Positions 28,333 to 38,909 of a stretch of 47,837 nt of DNA are shown here, piece by piece; positions within the stretch are counted from its first letter, which is position 1; the number at the start of each line of letters is the position of its first letter. The translations under genes and the position numbers were made by a program. The notes below the pieces were generated by a model. It was not told the DNA's origin and searched no databases. It was given only the letters and a program-made list of their open reading frames with translations. Source of the stretch: Dehalococcoidia bacterium. Lineage in GTDB: Bacteria; Chloroflexota; Dehalococcoidia; SZUA-161. The stretch is from positions 1-47,837 of the forward strand of contig SOKG01000164.1 in NCBI GenBank assembly GCA_004376205.1, read 5' to 3'.

Positions 28333-28665
28333 GTGGAAGTAGTAGCAAGCGCGAGGCAGATAAGGGTATCGCCGCGAAAAGTGCGCCTGGTGTTGGACAC
28401 AGTGCGCGGGAAGAAGGTAGATGAAGCCTTGGCTATACTCAGCTTCTTGCCTACACCGGCGGCTCGAACTGTGGCTAAGGTAGTCAAGTCGGCAGTTGCC
28501 AATGCTGAAAACAATTACCAGATGACGCCGGCACAGCTCAGGATCGTCAAGACCTTTGCCAACGAAGGACAAACCCTGAGGAGATACCGCGCTGGCGCTC
28601 GGGGGAGGGTAAACCCTTTTCGCCGACGCTTCAGCCATATTACAATCATTGTAGAGGAGGAGTGA
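28333..28665 (+). CDS. rplV: 50S ribosomal protein L22
   Basis: ARQIRVSPRKVRLV. GTG start. Confidence 0.95.
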   Translation: MEVVASARQIRVSPRKVRLVLDTVRGKKVDEALAILSFLPTPAARTVAKVVKSAVANAENNYQMTPAQLRIVKTFANEGQTLRRYRAGARGRVNPFRRRFSHITIIVEEE

Positions 28666-29352
28666 GTGGGACATAAGGTTCACCCCTTTGGTTTTAGGAT
28701 CGGCATAGTCAAGGACTGGCGTTCCCGGTGGTATGACGAGAAGCACTACGCGGAACTGGTGCACGAAGACATAGATATTCGCCGCATTATTCAGTCCAGT
28801 TATCAGGAAGCCGGCATTTCCCAGATCGAAATCGAGCGCAAAGCAAATGAAGTCACGGTGACTGTCCATACCGCTAGGCCTGGTGTTGTGATTGGTCGCG
28901 GTGGGCAGAGGGTGGATGAGTTGAGGCTCCTTCTGGAGAAACACACTGAGAAAAAGATTCGCCTAAATATTCAGGAGATCAGGGAACCTGAGCTCGATGC
29001 CATGCTGGTGGCCCAGAACATCGCTGAACAGCTCAGGAGGCGTGTATCTTATCGTAGGGCCGTCAAGCAATCCGTTTCTAGGACTATGCTACGGGGGGCT
29101 AAGGGGGTAAAAATAAAGTGCTCAGGGAGACTTGGTGGGGCGGAGATCGCTCGCCATGAAGTTGGGCACGAGGGGAGCGTTCCTCTGCACACCCTGAGGG
29201 CTGACATAGACTATGGCTTTGCCGAGTCTCTCACTGCTATGGGTCTTATCGGGGTAAAAGTGTGGATCTATAAGGGGGATATCCTTCCCGAAGCTAGCCT
29301 GGTAGAGGAGGAGGAGGGGGAGGAAGTATTAGTGGAGAAGAGTGAGGAATAG
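28666..29352 (+). CDS. rpsC: 30S ribosomal protein S3
   Basis: GHKVHPFGFRIG with KH domain. Acidic C-terminal tail. Confidence 0.97.
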   Translation: MGHKVHPFGFRIGIVKDWRSRWYDEKHYAELVHEDIDIRRIIQSSYQEAGISQIEIERKANEVTVTVHTARPGVVIGRGGQRVDELRLLLEKHTEKKIRLNIQEIREPELDAMLVAQNIAEQLRRRVSYRRAVKQSVSRTMLRGAKGVKIKCSGRLGGAEIARHEVGHEGSVPLHTLRADIDYGFAESLTAMGLIGVKVWIYKGDILPEASLVEEEEGEEVLVEKSEE

Positions 29353-29367
29353 CATAGGAAGGGAGCA

Positions 29368-29796
29368 ATGCTTCAGCCAAAGCGAGTAAGGTATCGTAAA
29401 GTTCATCGCGGGCACCGCAGGGGCAAAGCGCAGGTTAGTAATACCGTGGCCTTTGGCGATTTTGGGCTTCAGGCGCAGGAGTCAGCTTGGCTCACTAGCC
29501 GCCAGATTGAGGCAGCGCGGCGTGCTATAGTGCACAGCGTGAGAAGGGGGGGCAAGGTTTGGATTCGCATTTTCCCCGACAAGCCTGTAACCTCGAAGCC
29601 AGCGGAGACCAGGATGGGTAGCGGCAAAGGCTCCCTCGACCATTGGGTGGCGGTGGTTAGACGAGGCAGGATCTTATTCGAGATATCCGGAGTCAGGGAG
29701 GATGTGGCTCGGGAGGCGATGCGCCTAGCCTCGCATAAACTGCCAATCCAGACCAAGTTCGTTGGTAGAGAGATCCTGGTTGAAGTAGCTTCGTAA
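29368..29796 (+). CDS. rplP: 50S ribosomal protein L16
   Basis: [15 protein letters not shown] and RMGSGKGS. Confidence 0.97.
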   Translation: MLQPKRVRYRKVHRGHRRGKAQVSNTVAFGDFGLQAQESAWLTSRQIEAARRAIVHSVRRGGKVWIRIFPDKPVTSKPAETRMGSGKGSLDHWVAVVRRGRILFEISGVREDVAREAMRLASHKLPIQTKFVGREILVEVAS

Positions 29797-29808
29797 CTGG
29801 TGATACCA

Positions 29809-30006
29809 ATGAGAGCAGATAGGATCAGGGCGCTGAAACCAAAGGAGCTGTCCAAGCAACTTGAAGATGCTCATCAGGAGCTGTTCAACCTTAGGTTCCG
29901 GCATACCACCCGGCAACTGGCAAATTACAGTGAGATTCGCAAGGCGAGGAGGAAGATCGCCAGGATCAAGACAATAGTGCGGGAACGGGAGCTTGCTGGG
30001 GAATAG
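29809..30006 (+). CDS. rpmC: 50S ribosomal protein L29
   Basis: [17 protein letters not shown] 29809 is preferred; GTG 29800 is possible. Confidence 0.92.
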   Translation: MRADRIRALKPKELSKQLEDAHQELFNLRFRHTTRQLANYSEIRKARRKIARIKTIVRERELAGE

Positions 30007-30008
30007 CT

Positions 30009-30290
30009 ATGGAAAAGAAGAAAAAAACTCGTCTGGGTCGGGTTCTGAGCAATAAGATGGATAAGACGGTGGTGGTGGAGGTGGAGACTCGACGCCAGCA
30101 TTCTCGCTATAAGAAAGTCGTCAGACACAAGACGAAGTTTAAAGTCCATGACGGGGGCAACACCTGTGGTATCGGTGACTTGGTGAGGATAGTCGAGACA
30201 CGTCCTCTGTCCAGAGAGAAGAGGTGGCGGGTAGACGAAGTGCTCGTTAAGGCGGAGACGGTTGCGGTCAAACCCGAGGAGATTGAATAG
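30009..30290 (+). CDS. rpsQ: 30S ribosomal protein S17
   Basis: [17 protein letters not shown] and [15 protein letters not shown]. Confidence 0.95.
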   Translation: MEKKKKTRLGRVLSNKMDKTVVVEVETRRQHSRYKKVVRHKTKFKVHDGGNTCGIGDLVRIVETRPLSREKRWRVDEVLVKAETVAVKPEEIE

Positions 30291-30293
30291 GCG

Positions 30294-30662
30294 ATGATCC
30301 AGTCATTTACTAGGCTTAGGGTAGCCGATAACTCTGGTGCCAAGAGGATCATGTGTATCAATGTGCTTGGTGGCACCAGGAGGAGATATGCTCGGGTTGG
30401 CGATACTATCGTGGCCTCGGTAAAGGAGGCAACCCCTGGAGCCGCGGTGAAAAAGGGTGATGTCGTCCGCGCTGTCGTTGTCCGTACTGCCAAGACATAC
30501 GGGCGCCCCGATGGCACATATATTAGGTTTGATGAGAATGCTGCAGTGGTTCTGGATGAGAGAGGCAATCCCAAAGGCAGTCGCATATTCGGGCCGGTGG
30601 CCCGTGAACTCAGGGACAAGAATTTCCTGAAGATCATTTCTCTGGCGCCTGAGGTACTATGA
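30294..30662 (+). CDS. rplN: 50S ribosomal protein L14
   Basis: [17 protein letters not shown]. Confidence 0.97.
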   Translation: MIQSFTRLRVADNSGAKRIMCINVLGGTRRRYARVGDTIVASVKEATPGAAVKKGDVVRAVVVRTAKTYGRPDGTYIRFDENAAVVLDERGNPKGSRIFGPVARELRDKNFLKIISLAPEVL

Positions 30663-30973
30663 TGAACATTCGCAAGAACGATGAAGTGCTGGTGATGAGG
30701 GGTGATGATCGAGGGAAAAGGGGGAAGGTGCACCGTTGCATTCCTGGAGAGAATCGGCTTGTTGTGGAAGGGATTAACATGGAAAAGCGCCATATGAAAC
30801 CCCGGGGGAACATCAGGCAAGCAGGGATCATCGAGCGTGAGGCGCCGCTAGATATCTCCAATGTGATGCTTGTTTGCACCAAGTGTCATAATCCCACTCG
30901 CGTTGTATTTCGTATCCTGGGGGACAAGAGCAGGGTACGCGCGTGCAAGAAGTGTGGCGAGGTGATTGACTAG
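30659..30973 (+). CDS. rplX: 50S ribosomal protein L24 (with CxxC...CxxC)
   Basis: KOW motif [22 protein letters not shown]-terminal CTKC-x19-CKKC. Confidence 0.95.
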   Translation: MMNIRKNDEVLVMRGDDRGKRGKVHRCIPGENRLVVEGINMEKRHMKPRGNIRQAGIIEREAPLDISNVMLVCTKCHNPTRVVFRILGDKSRVRACKKCGEVID

Positions 30974-31515
30974 TGGCGAGGCTCAAGGAAAGATATCGGG
31001 ATGAGATCGTGCGCGTCATGATGCAAGAGCAGGGGTACAAGAACCTAATGCAGGTGCCTCGTTTAGATAAGATTGTGCTCAACATCGGTTTGGGAGAGGC
31101 CATTCAAAATCAAAGGGCGTTGGAGGCAGCCACCAATGACCTATCATTGATCTCAGGGCAGCGCCCGGTAATAACCCGTGCCAAGTGGTCTATCGCATCC
31201 TTCAAGTTGCGGGCCGGTATGGCCATCGGCCTGATGGTGACGCTACGCGGCGAGCGTATGTATGAATTCTTCGACCGATTGGTGAACGCTGCCTTGCCCC
31301 GCGTACGTGACTTTCAGGGCCTCCCCGCGAAGGCATTCGACGGACGGGGAAACTACACTCTTGGCATAAGTGAGCAGATTATCTTCCCCGAGATCGACTA
31401 TGACAAGGTGGACAAGATTCGTGGGTTACAGGTGTCTATCATCACTACCGCGCGCACCGATGAGGAGGCCAGGAGGCTTCTGGAGTTGATGGGCGTACCG
31501 TTCAGTAGGCAGTAG
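30973..31515 (+). CDS. rplE: 50S ribosomal protein L5
   Basis: [11 protein letters not shown] and [23 protein letters not shown] start overlaps the L24 stop by 1 nt. Confidence 0.96.
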   Translation: MARLKERYRDEIVRVMMQEQGYKNLMQVPRLDKIVLNIGLGEAIQNQRALEAATNDLSLISGQRPVITRAKWSIASFKLRAGMAIGLMVTLRGERMYEFFDRLVNAALPRVRDFQGLPAKAFDGRGNYTLGISEQIIFPEIDYDKVDKIRGLQVSIITTARTDEEARRLLELMGVPFSRQ

Positions 31516-31527
31516 ATTGGGAAAAAG

Positions 31528-31713
31528 ATGGCTAAAGTATCGAAAATCGTGAAATCACAGCGTGCTCCGAAGTATCGGGTACGACACCGCAATCGTTGTG
31601 GATTGTGTGGCCGCCCCCGTGCCTACATCCGTCAGGCTGGACTATGCCGGATTTGCTTCAGGAAGATGGCGCTCGAGGGGCTGCTTCCTGGGGTTAAGAA
31701 ATCGAGCTGGTGA
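31528..31713 (+). CDS. rpsN: 30S ribosomal protein S14 type Z (zinc form)
   Basis: 61 aa with [22 protein letters not shown]. Confidence 0.95.
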   Translation: MAKVSKIVKSQRAPKYRVRHRNRCGLCGRPRAYIRQAGLCRICFRKMALEGLLPGVKKSSW

Positions 31714-31733
31714 TCTTTTTTTGAGGGATTGAT

Positions 31734-32135
31734 GTGAGTCTCAGCGACCCTATAGCTGATATGTTGACCCGGATCCGCAATGCCATCAATGCCAGGCATG
31801 ACTTTGTTCTGGCACCTGCCTCCAGGATCAAGATCTCGATTGCCAAGGTGCTGAAGGAGGAGGGTTTCATTAAGGACTACGAGGTGCTAAAGGGTAATAC
31901 CCCGCAGAGGGTGATCAAGATTTACCTTAGCTATGCCGGGAAAAAGGAATCTATGCTAAGTGGGTTGCAGCGGGTTAGCAAGCCCGGCCTGAGAGTCTAT
32001 TGCCGTAAGGGCGAGATTCCCAGGGTCTATGGAGGACTCGGCATAGCCGTTGTGTCTACATCTCAAGGGGTAATGACGGGACAGGGGGCGTGGAAGAAGG
32101 GTTTGGGGGGTGAGTTGCTGTGTTATGTGTGGTAA
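31734..32135 (+). CDS. rpsH: 30S ribosomal protein S8
   Basis: [17 protein letters not shown] start. Confidence 0.96.
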   Translation: MSLSDPIADMLTRIRNAINARHDFVLAPASRIKISIAKVLKEEGFIKDYEVLKGNTPQRVIKIYLSYAGKKESMLSGLQRVSKPGLRVYCRKGEIPRVYGGLGIAVVSTSQGVMTGQGAWKKGLGGELLCYVW

Positions 32136-32153
32136 GACAGGTGAGAGATAAAC

Positions 32154-32705
32154 ATGTCCAGAGTAGGAAATAGGCCAATTACTGTACCCCGTGGAGTGGA
32201 GGTACTGGTTGAGGGCAACGAGGTCACGGTGAAGGGGCCCAAGGGAGAGCTTCGCCGCTCCCTTCCGCAGGATATGAGCATTTCCGTACAGGATGGCGTC
32301 GTCACCGTGTCAAGGCCGACAGATAGCCGGATCCATCGCTCACTGCATGGTTTTACCAGGAGCATGCTCGCCAATATGGTTGAGGGCGTGAGCGAGGGCT
32401 TTCGGAAGAACCTCGAGCTTCATGGAGTGGGGTACCGCGTCCAGAAGTCTGGAGACAATCTTATGATTCAGGTAGGGTATTCTCACCCTGTGGAGATTGT
32501 CCCTCCGGCGGGGATAACGCTTATTAGCGAGGCTCTGAATCAGGTGAGCGTCTTGGGGATAGAAAAAGAGCTGGTGGGGGAAATTGCAGCACAGATTCGG
32601 GCAGTGCGCCCTCCTGACCGCTATTTGGGGAAGGGAATTAGATACGCCGGCGAGCAAATTCGACGCAAGGCAGGAAAAGCGGGCAAGCTTGGCAGAAGGA
32701 AATAA
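32154..32705 (+). CDS. rplF: 50S ribosomal protein L6
   Basis: [17 protein letters not shown]. Confidence 0.96.
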   Translation: MSRVGNRPITVPRGVEVLVEGNEVTVKGPKGELRRSLPQDMSISVQDGVVTVSRPTDSRIHRSLHGFTRSMLANMVEGVSEGFRKNLELHGVGYRVQKSGDNLMIQVGYSHPVEIVPPAGITLISEALNQVSVLGIEKELVGEIAAQIRAVRPPDRYLGKGIRYAGEQIRRKAGKAGKLGRRK

Positions 32706-32710
32706 AAGGC

Positions 32711-33073
32711 ATGGCTGTCGGCAAGAGAGAAGCGCTGAGAAGGAGACATGAACGGGTGAGGAAGGAGGTCAGGGGCACCCCCGATCGCCCCCGGCTTTGT
32801 GTCTTTCGCAGCCTTAATCATATCTATGCTCAGGTGATAGACGATAGTTCAGGGAGGACACTTGCTAGCGCGTCGACCCTTGATGCGGAGATAAAAGCCG
32901 ACTTGGGGAACAAAACCAAAACGGAGCAGGCGGGATTGGTGGGGAACTTGGTTGCCAAACGAGCCCAAAGCAAGGGGGTAAACCAGACCGTCTTCGACCG
33001 CGGGGGACGCAAGTATCATGGTAGGGTGAAGGCTTTGGCCGATGGTGCCCGAGAATCGGGATTGAGGTTTTAG
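32711..33073 (+). CDS. rplR: 50S ribosomal protein L18
   Basis: [20 protein letters not shown] and [24 protein letters not shown]. Confidence 0.96.
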   Translation: MAVGKREALRRRHERVRKEVRGTPDRPRLCVFRSLNHIYAQVIDDSSGRTLASASTLDAEIKADLGNKTKTEQAGLVGNLVAKRAQSKGVNQTVFDRGGRKYHGRVKALADGARESGLRF

Positions 33074-33078
33074 GCTTT

Positions 33079-33597
33079 ATGGAACGGAAGGATAGGAGAG
33101 ATGATAGGGAGTCAGGCTTCAGCGAGCGGCTGATTCATGTTAATCGTGTGGCAAAGGTTGTAAAGAGAGGGCGGCGGTTCAGCTTCAGTGCGCTGGTGGT
33201 GGTCGGCGATGGTGAGGGGCATGTTGGTGCCGGGTTGGGCAAGGCTAGAGAGGTGCCAGCAGCGATCCGCAAGGGCGGTGCCATCGCCCGGAAGAATCTG
33301 ATTGAGGTCCCAATGGTAGATGGTACCATTCCCTACAAGATAGTAAGCAAGTTTGGAGGGGCCAAGGTGATGTTGAAGCCGGCAGCACCAGGCACAGGGG
33401 TCATTGCCAGCGGCGGGGTACGAGCCACCGTGGAGGCTGCAGGTATTAGGGACATAGTGACCAAATCGATGGGCAGTTCCAACCCAATAAACGTGGTCAG
33501 AGCGACCATGCTCGCCCTCAGTCAATTGAAGGATCCTAAGCAGGAAGTAGCAAGGAGAAAGTTAGTTGCTGCGGGTGGTGAGGAGTCCGGTGTCTAA
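33079..33597 (+). CDS. rpsE: 30S ribosomal protein S5
   Basis: [30 protein letters not shown]. Confidence 0.96.
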   Translation: MERKDRRDDRESGFSERLIHVNRVAKVVKRGRRFSFSALVVVGDGEGHVGAGLGKAREVPAAIRKGGAIARKNLIEVPMVDGTIPYKIVSKFGGAKVMLKPAAPGTGVIASGGVRATVEAAGIRDIVTKSMGSSNPINVVRATMLALSQLKDPKQEVARRKLVAAGGEESGV

Positions 33598-33778
33598 ACT
33601 ACGTGTTACGTGGAAAAAAAGCGCCATCGGCTACAACAGGAGGCAGCGAATGACCCTTAAGGCCCTGGGCTTTCGCTCTCTGAACCATACTATCATCCAT
33701 AGCGACTCGGCAGCTATCCGCGGTATGATAAACAAGGTGAGGCATCTGGTCCAGGTGGAGGAGGTCGCTGAGGAGTGA
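33590..33778 (+). CDS. rpmD: 50S ribosomal protein L30
   Basis: [28 protein letters not shown] 33590 after GGTGAGGAG. Overlaps the rpsE stop. Confidence 0.88.
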   Translation: MSKLRVTWKKSAIGYNRRQRMTLKALGFRSLNHTIIHSDSAAIRGMINKVRHLVQVEEVAEE

Positions 33779-33781
33779 GCG

Positions 33782-34225
33782 ATGAGGCAGCATGAACTTG
33801 GTCCGAGAGCGGGATCGAAACGTAGTAGAAAGCGAGTTGGTCGCGGTGTCGGCAGCGGACACGGTACCTACTCCTGCCGTGGGTGCAAGGGGCAAAATGC
33901 ACGCTCGGGGGGAGGGGTAAACCCCCGGTTCGAGGGTGGTCAGACCCCTTTGGTCAAACGCTTGCCCTCCAAACGTGGCTTCACCAATATCTTCAAAACC
34001 GACTATGCTTTAGTGAACCTGCGGCGGCTAGCAATCTTCGAAGAGGGTGTCGAGGTAACGCCGCAGAAACTTCTGGATGTTGGGCTGGTGCCCTCCCTCA
34101 AGAAACCAATCAAGATCCTCGGCGATGGCGAGATTCAGCGTCCTCTGGTGGTAAGAGCTGATAAGTTCACTCAAACCGCAAAGCAGAAAATAGAGGCCTC
34201 TGGTGGAAGAGCGGAGGAGATTTAG
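33782..34225 (+). CDS. rplO: 50S ribosomal protein L15
   Basis: GRGVGSGHGTYSCRGCKGQNARSG. Confidence 0.95.
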   Translation: MRQHELGPRAGSKRSRKRVGRGVGSGHGTYSCRGCKGQNARSGGGVNPRFEGGQTPLVKRLPSKRGFTNIFKTDYALVNLRRLAIFEEGVEVTPQKLLDVGLVPSLKKPIKILGDGEIQRPLVVRADKFTQTAKQKIEASGGRAEEI

Positions 34226-34240
34226 GGGATAGCGGGGAAG

Positions 34241-35584
34241 ATGCGACAACCACAAGCAAGCTCAAGACCACGATTGTTTCAGGCTATGATAGATGCCTTT
34301 AGCCTCCCTGACCTGAGGTGGAAGTTGCTCTTCACCCTCGCCATGTTGGTCGTCTTTCGTTTTGTGGCCCATGTCCCCATTCCCGCGGCGGATCCAGACG
34401 CACTGGGAGTGCTAGCCAGAGGTGAACAGCAGCTGCCTGCCCTCCTGGGCATGCTTGACATCTTCAGCGGTGGGGCGCTGAGGAACGTAAGTATAGCTAT
34501 GCTCGGCGTTTACCCCTACATTACCGCCTCGATTATCATGCAGCTCCTGGTGCCGGTTATCCCCCGCCTGCAAGCGCTCTCTCGGGAGGGGGAGGAGGGC
34601 CGCCGGAAGATAAACCAGTATACCCACTGGCTGATGGTGCCTATGTGCCTGCTCCAGGGCTATGGGCAACTAGTGGTACTACACAGAACTACAGTCAGTG
34701 TCAATGGCGTGGACACTTCACTCGTGGATCGCATAGGCCTCTCTGGTGACCTATTGCTGCCCACCATTGCTATGCTGGTTACGCTGACTGCGGGCACCGT
34801 TTTCCTGGTGTGGCTGGGGGAGCGCATAACCGAGAGGGGCATCGGCAATGGTATATCCATCATAATCTTCGGCGGCATCGTCTCTGCCTTGCCGATGAAT
34901 CTCTGGCGGAGTCACGAGACCGCGGGCCTCAGCGGCTTGCTCACGCTGATCGCCCTATTGCTGGCGATTGCTTTCTTCATAGTGTTTGTCAACGAAGCGG
35001 TGCGCCGGATTCCTGTCCAGTATTCGCGCAGCCTGTTTCGAGGCGGCAAGATGTACCGACAATCGGGTGGGACCCATATCCCGCTCAGGGTAAACTCGGC
35101 GGGGATGATCCCTCTGATCTTCGCCTACGCGATTCTGATGTTCCCGGCAGCGGTGGCTAGCTACTTCGGGGCCACTTTCGTTCAAGACTTGTTGGGCGTG
35201 GACGGGTATATCTATTGGGCCCTTCTGTTCCTCCTTGTTGTTGGGTTCACTTTCTTCTATACTCTGGTGATTTTCCAGCAGCAGAACCTGGCCGAGACTT
35301 TGCAGCGGCAGGGTGGCTTTGTCCCGGGAATCCGCCCCGGGCGCCCCACCGGCGATTACCTGAACCGGATTATCATACGCATTACTTGGGGTGGGTCGTT
35401 CTTCCTCGCCGCGATAGCGGTGTCACCTCTGTTGGCGCGGTGGCTGGTGGGAGGAGCGGTCGGTACCACCCTTATGCTCGTCTCTGCCGCTGGCCTTTTG
35501 ATCGTCGTGGGCGTAGTTCTGGATACCATGAGGCAGATCGAGGCGCAGCTTCTGATGCGCCAGTACGAAGGTTTCATCAAATAA
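34241..35584 (+). CDS. secY: Preprotein translocase subunit SecY
   Basis: 10-TM profile, LRWKLLFTLAMLVVFR. spc-operon position. The start could be ATG 34286. Confidence 0.95.
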   Translation: MRQPQASSRPRLFQAMIDAFSLPDLRWKLLFTLAMLVVFRFVAHVPIPAADPDALGVLARGEQQLPALLGMLDIFSGGALRNVSIAMLGVYPYITASIIMQLLVPVIPRLQALSREGEEGRRKINQYTHWLMVPMCLLQGYGQLVVLHRTTVSVNGVDTSLVDRIGLSGDLLLPTIAMLVTLTAGTVFLVWLGERITERGIGNGISIIIFGGIVSALPMNLWRSHETAGLSGLLTLIALLLAIAFFIVFVNEAVRRIPVQYSRSLFRGGKMYRQSGGTHIPLRVNSAGMIPLIFAYAILMFPAAVASYFGATFVQDLLGVDGYIYWALLFLLVVGFTFFYTLVIFQQQNLAETLQRQGGFVPGIRPGRPTGDYLNRIIIRITWGGSFFLAAIAVSPLLARWLVGGAVGTTLMLVSAAGLLIVVGVVLDTMRQIEAQLLMRQYEGFIK

Positions 35585-35608
35585 GTAGGGAGGAATAGGT
35601 AACAACAA

Positions 35609-36265
35609 TTGCATGTAATTCTTTTGGGAGCCCCCGGGGCGGGCAAGGGAACTCAGGCGGTTCAGATCTCTGGAAGGCTTGGGCTGGCTCATATAGCCTC
35701 TGGTGATCTCTTTCGCCAGGAGCAAGGTAGCGGGAGCGAGTTGGGAAAAATTGCCAAGTCATATATGGAAAAGGGCTTGCTGGTTCCCGATGAGGTAACT
35801 GTTAGGATGATTTTGGGCAGGATTGCTGCTCCCGATTGCGCCAAGGGTTTTCTGTTAGATGGTTTTCCCAGGACATTAGAGCAGGCAAAGGCGCTGGATC
35901 AGGCGCTGGCTGAAGAAGGTAAGAGCATTAGTTTGGTGTTATATATCAAGGTCTCCACCGAGGAGCTTCTAAGGCGCCTGAGCGGGCGCTGGATTTGCCG
36001 CAACTGTCAGGTGCCTTATAACATTGTTGAACTGCCGCCGAAGGTGCCGGGTAAGTGTGATTATTGTGGGGGCGAGCTCTATCAACGCCCCGATGACTCA
36101 GAGGAGACAGCGAGGAAGCGACTCGAGGTCTATTTTGCCCAGACCATGCCTCTTATAGAGTACTACACTGAAGCAGGCAAGTTGGTGGAGATCGAGGGCG
36201 AGAAGGGAATCGAAGGGGTTGCCCAGGATTTGATCGCAGCCATTGAGGCAGGGATTGTGAGATGA
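35609..36265 (+). CDS. adk: Adenylate kinase (Cys4 zinc lid)
   Basis: ILLGAPGAGKGTQA. Lid CRNC...CDYC. TTG start. Confidence 0.95.
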   Translation: MHVILLGAPGAGKGTQAVQISGRLGLAHIASGDLFRQEQGSGSELGKIAKSYMEKGLLVPDEVTVRMILGRIAAPDCAKGFLLDGFPRTLEQAKALDQALAEEGKSISLVLYIKVSTEELLRRLSGRWICRNCQVPYNIVELPPKVPGKCDYCGGELYQRPDDSEETARKRLEVYFAQTMPLIEYYTEAGKLVEIEGEKGIEGVAQDLIAAIEAGIVR

Positions 36266-37056
36266 CCCAGATCGGACACGAGGCGGGTATAATCCTGAAA
36301 TCACCGCGAGAACTCGCACAAATGCGGGAAGCAAGTTGGGTTGCTGCTGTTGTTCTTGAGGAGGTGGCCCAGAAAGTGAGGCCAGGGGTAACCACTGCGG
36401 AACTAGACGATGTTGCTGTCAACGAGGTGAGAAAACGAGGGGCTGTTGCCTCGTTCAAAGGATATCGTGGTTTTCCAGCATCGATCTGTACGTCGGTGAA
36501 TGAAGAGGTGGTCCACGGCATACCTGGAAACCGAGTGCTTAAGGAGGGCGACATAATCTCCCTCGATTTCGGGGCGCAGCTAAATGGCTTTCATGGCGAT
36601 GCCGCGATGACGATGGGGGTGGGGAGGATAGGCTCCGAGGCTCAGAAGATCATCGACGCTGCAAGAGGTGCGCTGGAGGCAGGCATTGCTGCAGCCAGAA
36701 TCGGTGCCAGGTTGGGAGATGTATCGGCAGCGATCCAGTCCCATGCTGAAGCCAGAGGCTTCTCCGTAGTGAGAGAATATGTGGGGCATGGCATTGGCCG
36801 GCAATTGCACGAAGACCCTCAAGTCCCCAATTTTGGTATTGCTGGCGAAGGGCCTGTGCTGCAAAAGGGCATGACCATGGCGTTGGAGCCTATGCTTAAT
36901 GCTGGGGTGTGGCGCACCAGGGTTGCTGAGGATAAGTGGACAGTCATTACCGTTGATGGTAAACTATCTGCTCACTTTGAGCATACTATTGCAATTGATG
37001 ATAATGGGCCAGAGATACTGACCAAACTCCAGGGTTTTCCCGAAGGGGTGATCTGA
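36262..37056 (+). CDS. map: Methionine aminopeptidase type I
   Basis: VVHGIP, DFGA, GHGIG and EP metal-ligand motifs. ATGA overlap with adk. Confidence 0.95.
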   Translation: MTQIGHEAGIILKSPRELAQMREASWVAAVVLEEVAQKVRPGVTTAELDDVAVNEVRKRGAVASFKGYRGFPASICTSVNEEVVHGIPGNRVLKEGDIISLDFGAQLNGFHGDAAMTMGVGRIGSEAQKIIDAARGALEAGIAAARIGARLGDVSAAIQSHAEARGFSVVREYVGHGIGRQLHEDPQVPNFGIAGEGPVLQKGMTMALEPMLNAGVWRTRVAEDKWTVITVDGKLSAHFEHTIAIDDNGPEILTKLQGFPEGVI

Positions 37057-37062
37057 AAGCAA

Positions 37063-37281
37063 ATGCCGAAAAGAGAAGCCATTGAGGTTGAAGGGACGGT
37101 AGTTGAGCCTTTGCCCAACGCTATGTTCAGGGTGGAGCTTCCCAATGGGTACCGGGTTCTGGCGCATGCCTCGGGAAAAATGAGACTTCATTATATAAGG
37201 ATACTGCGTGGTGATAGGGTCTTGGTGGAACTCTCGCCGTATGACCTGTCACGGGGAAGGATTACCTATCGCTTTAAGTGA
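37063..37281 (+). CDS. infA: Translation initiation factor IF-1
   Basis: [35 protein letters not shown]. Confidence 0.97.
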   Translation: MPKREAIEVEGTVVEPLPNAMFRVELPNGYRVLAHASGKMRLHYIRILRGDRVLVELSPYDLSRGRITYRFK

Positions 37282-37312
37282 TAACCTCATAGACAATCAG
37301 AGGGTGGGTAGG

Positions 37313-37426
37313 ATGAAGGTGAAAGCTTCGGTTAAGGTTCGTTGTGAAAAGTGCAAGATTGTAAAGCGCAAAGGCGTGGTTAGAGTTATTTGCTCAAATC
37401 CGAGACATAGACAAAGGCAGGGTTAG
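37313..37426 (+). CDS. rpmJ: 50S ribosomal protein L36
   Basis: [37 protein letters not shown] (37 aa), inside a longer track ORF. Confidence 0.93.
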   Translation: MKVKASVKVRCEKCKIVKRKGVVRVICSNPRHRQRQG

Positions 37427-37444
37427 TCTTTCTGAGGAGGGGTG

Positions 37445-37834
37445 ATGGCGCGTATTGCTGGCGTCGATATACCTAAGGACAAGAGGGTGGAGATAGCGTT
37501 ACGCTATATCTTTGGCATCGGACCTACCTTGAGCCGAAGGATATTGGAGCAGACGGGAATCAGTCCGGATGTTAGGGTCAGGGATCTCACTGATGATGAG
37601 GTAAACCGCATACGCGAGGTCATCGACAAGGGATATAGGGTAGAAGGCATCCTCAGGAAGGAGATCAATTTCAACATCAAGCGGTTTATCGATATAGGGT
37701 CCTACCGTGGCATCAGGCATCGTCGAGGGCTGCCAGTTCATGGGCAGCGGACGAAGACCAATGCCCGCACTAAACGAGGGGCTCGTAGAACGGTAGCTGG
37801 CAGAGGTAGGCGACGCGGCGTGACCAAGAAATAA
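37445..37834 (+). CDS. rpsM: 30S ribosomal protein S13
   Basis: [26 protein letters not shown]. Confidence 0.96.
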   Translation: MARIAGVDIPKDKRVEIALRYIFGIGPTLSRRILEQTGISPDVRVRDLTDDEVNRIREVIDKGYRVEGILRKEINFNIKRFIDIGSYRGIRHRRGLPVHGQRTKTNARTKRGARRTVAGRGRRRGVTKK

Positions 37835-37847
37835 GCGGAGGTGACTA

Positions 37848-38240
37848 ATGGCCAAGAGAAAGCCAACTCGGGTTAGGAGGCGAGAGAGGAAAGCGGTTCC
37901 ACGTGGACGCGCTTATATCCAGTCTACCTTTAACAATACGATAATCACCCTTACTGATCCCCAGGGCAATGTCATCGCGTGGGGCAGTTCGGGCACTGCT
38001 GGGTTCAAAGGGTCGCGCAAGGGGACTGCCTATGCAGCGCAGCGGGCAGCCGAAGCTACGGCGAGGCGGGGAATGGAACATGGCTTGCGCCAGATCGATG
38101 TCTATGTCAGGGGGCCGGGAAGTGGCCGGGAGGCGGCAATTCGTTCCCTTCAAGCCGCAGGTCTCAGTATCAGTAGCATCAGGGATGTAACACCGGTTCC
38201 TCATAATGGCTGCCGTCCGCCAAAGAGGAGACGGATATAA
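37848..38240 (+). CDS. rpsK: 30S ribosomal protein S11
   Basis: [20 protein letters not shown] and [17 protein letters not shown]. Confidence 0.97.
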   Translation: MAKRKPTRVRRRERKAVPRGRAYIQSTFNNTIITLTDPQGNVIAWGSSGTAGFKGSRKGTAYAAQRAAEATARRGMEHGLRQIDVYVRGPGSGREAAIRSLQAAGLSISSIRDVTPVPHNGCRPPKRRRI

Positions 38241-38252
38241 AGGAGGTTTGAG

Positions 38253-38879
38253 ATGGCCCGTTATACTGGGCCGGCTTGTCGGATTTGTCGGCGCCACGGT
38301 GAGAAGCTGATGCTAAAGGGGGCCAAGTGTGTCACGCCTAAGTGCCCTGTTGTGCGGCGACATAGTCCTCCGGGACAGCATGGCAGTGCCCGTCGCAAGG
38401 TCTCCGAGTATAGCTTGCAACTGAAGGAGAAGCAAAAGACACGTTTCATTTATGGCGTGCTTGAACGTCAATTTCGGAGGCATTATGCGAAAGCTGAGCG
38501 GCTTCCTGGGCAAAGCGGAGAGAACCTTTTGCGAATACTGGAGATGAGGCTGGACAATGTAGTTTATCGCTTGGGCTTTGCTGATTCTCGCCGCCAAGCA
38601 AGACAGCTCGTGCAGCATGGGCATATCACTGTCAATGGGCGTGTGACCAATATCCCGTCGTGTCTCGTCAAGGAGGGTGATGTCATGGCTTGGAAGGAAG
38701 GCAGCTCCAAAACCGCGCTATATCAGATGGTGGCTAAGGATATCGAGAGCAAAGTCATTCCAGGCTGGCTCAGTTTGGATCAAGACAGTCTCTCGGGACG
38801 GGTGCTTTCTGCTCCAGAGCGTAGCGAGATGGAGTCTACCATTGATGAGCGGCTGGTCGTGGCATTCTACTCAAGATAA
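38253..38879 (+). CDS. rpsD: 30S ribosomal protein S4
   Basis: MARYTGPACRICRR and S4 domain HGHITVNGRVTNIPS. Confidence 0.96.
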   Translation: MARYTGPACRICRRHGEKLMLKGAKCVTPKCPVVRRHSPPGQHGSARRKVSEYSLQLKEKQKTRFIYGVLERQFRRHYAKAERLPGQSGENLLRILEMRLDNVVYRLGFADSRRQARQLVQHGHITVNGRVTNIPSCLVKEGDVMAWKEGSSKTALYQMVAKDIESKVIPGWLSLDQDSLSGRVLSAPERSEMESTIDERLVVAFYSR

Positions 38880-38909
38880 ATCTCTAATCGTTTCTCGTGA
38901 GGAGGCAGT

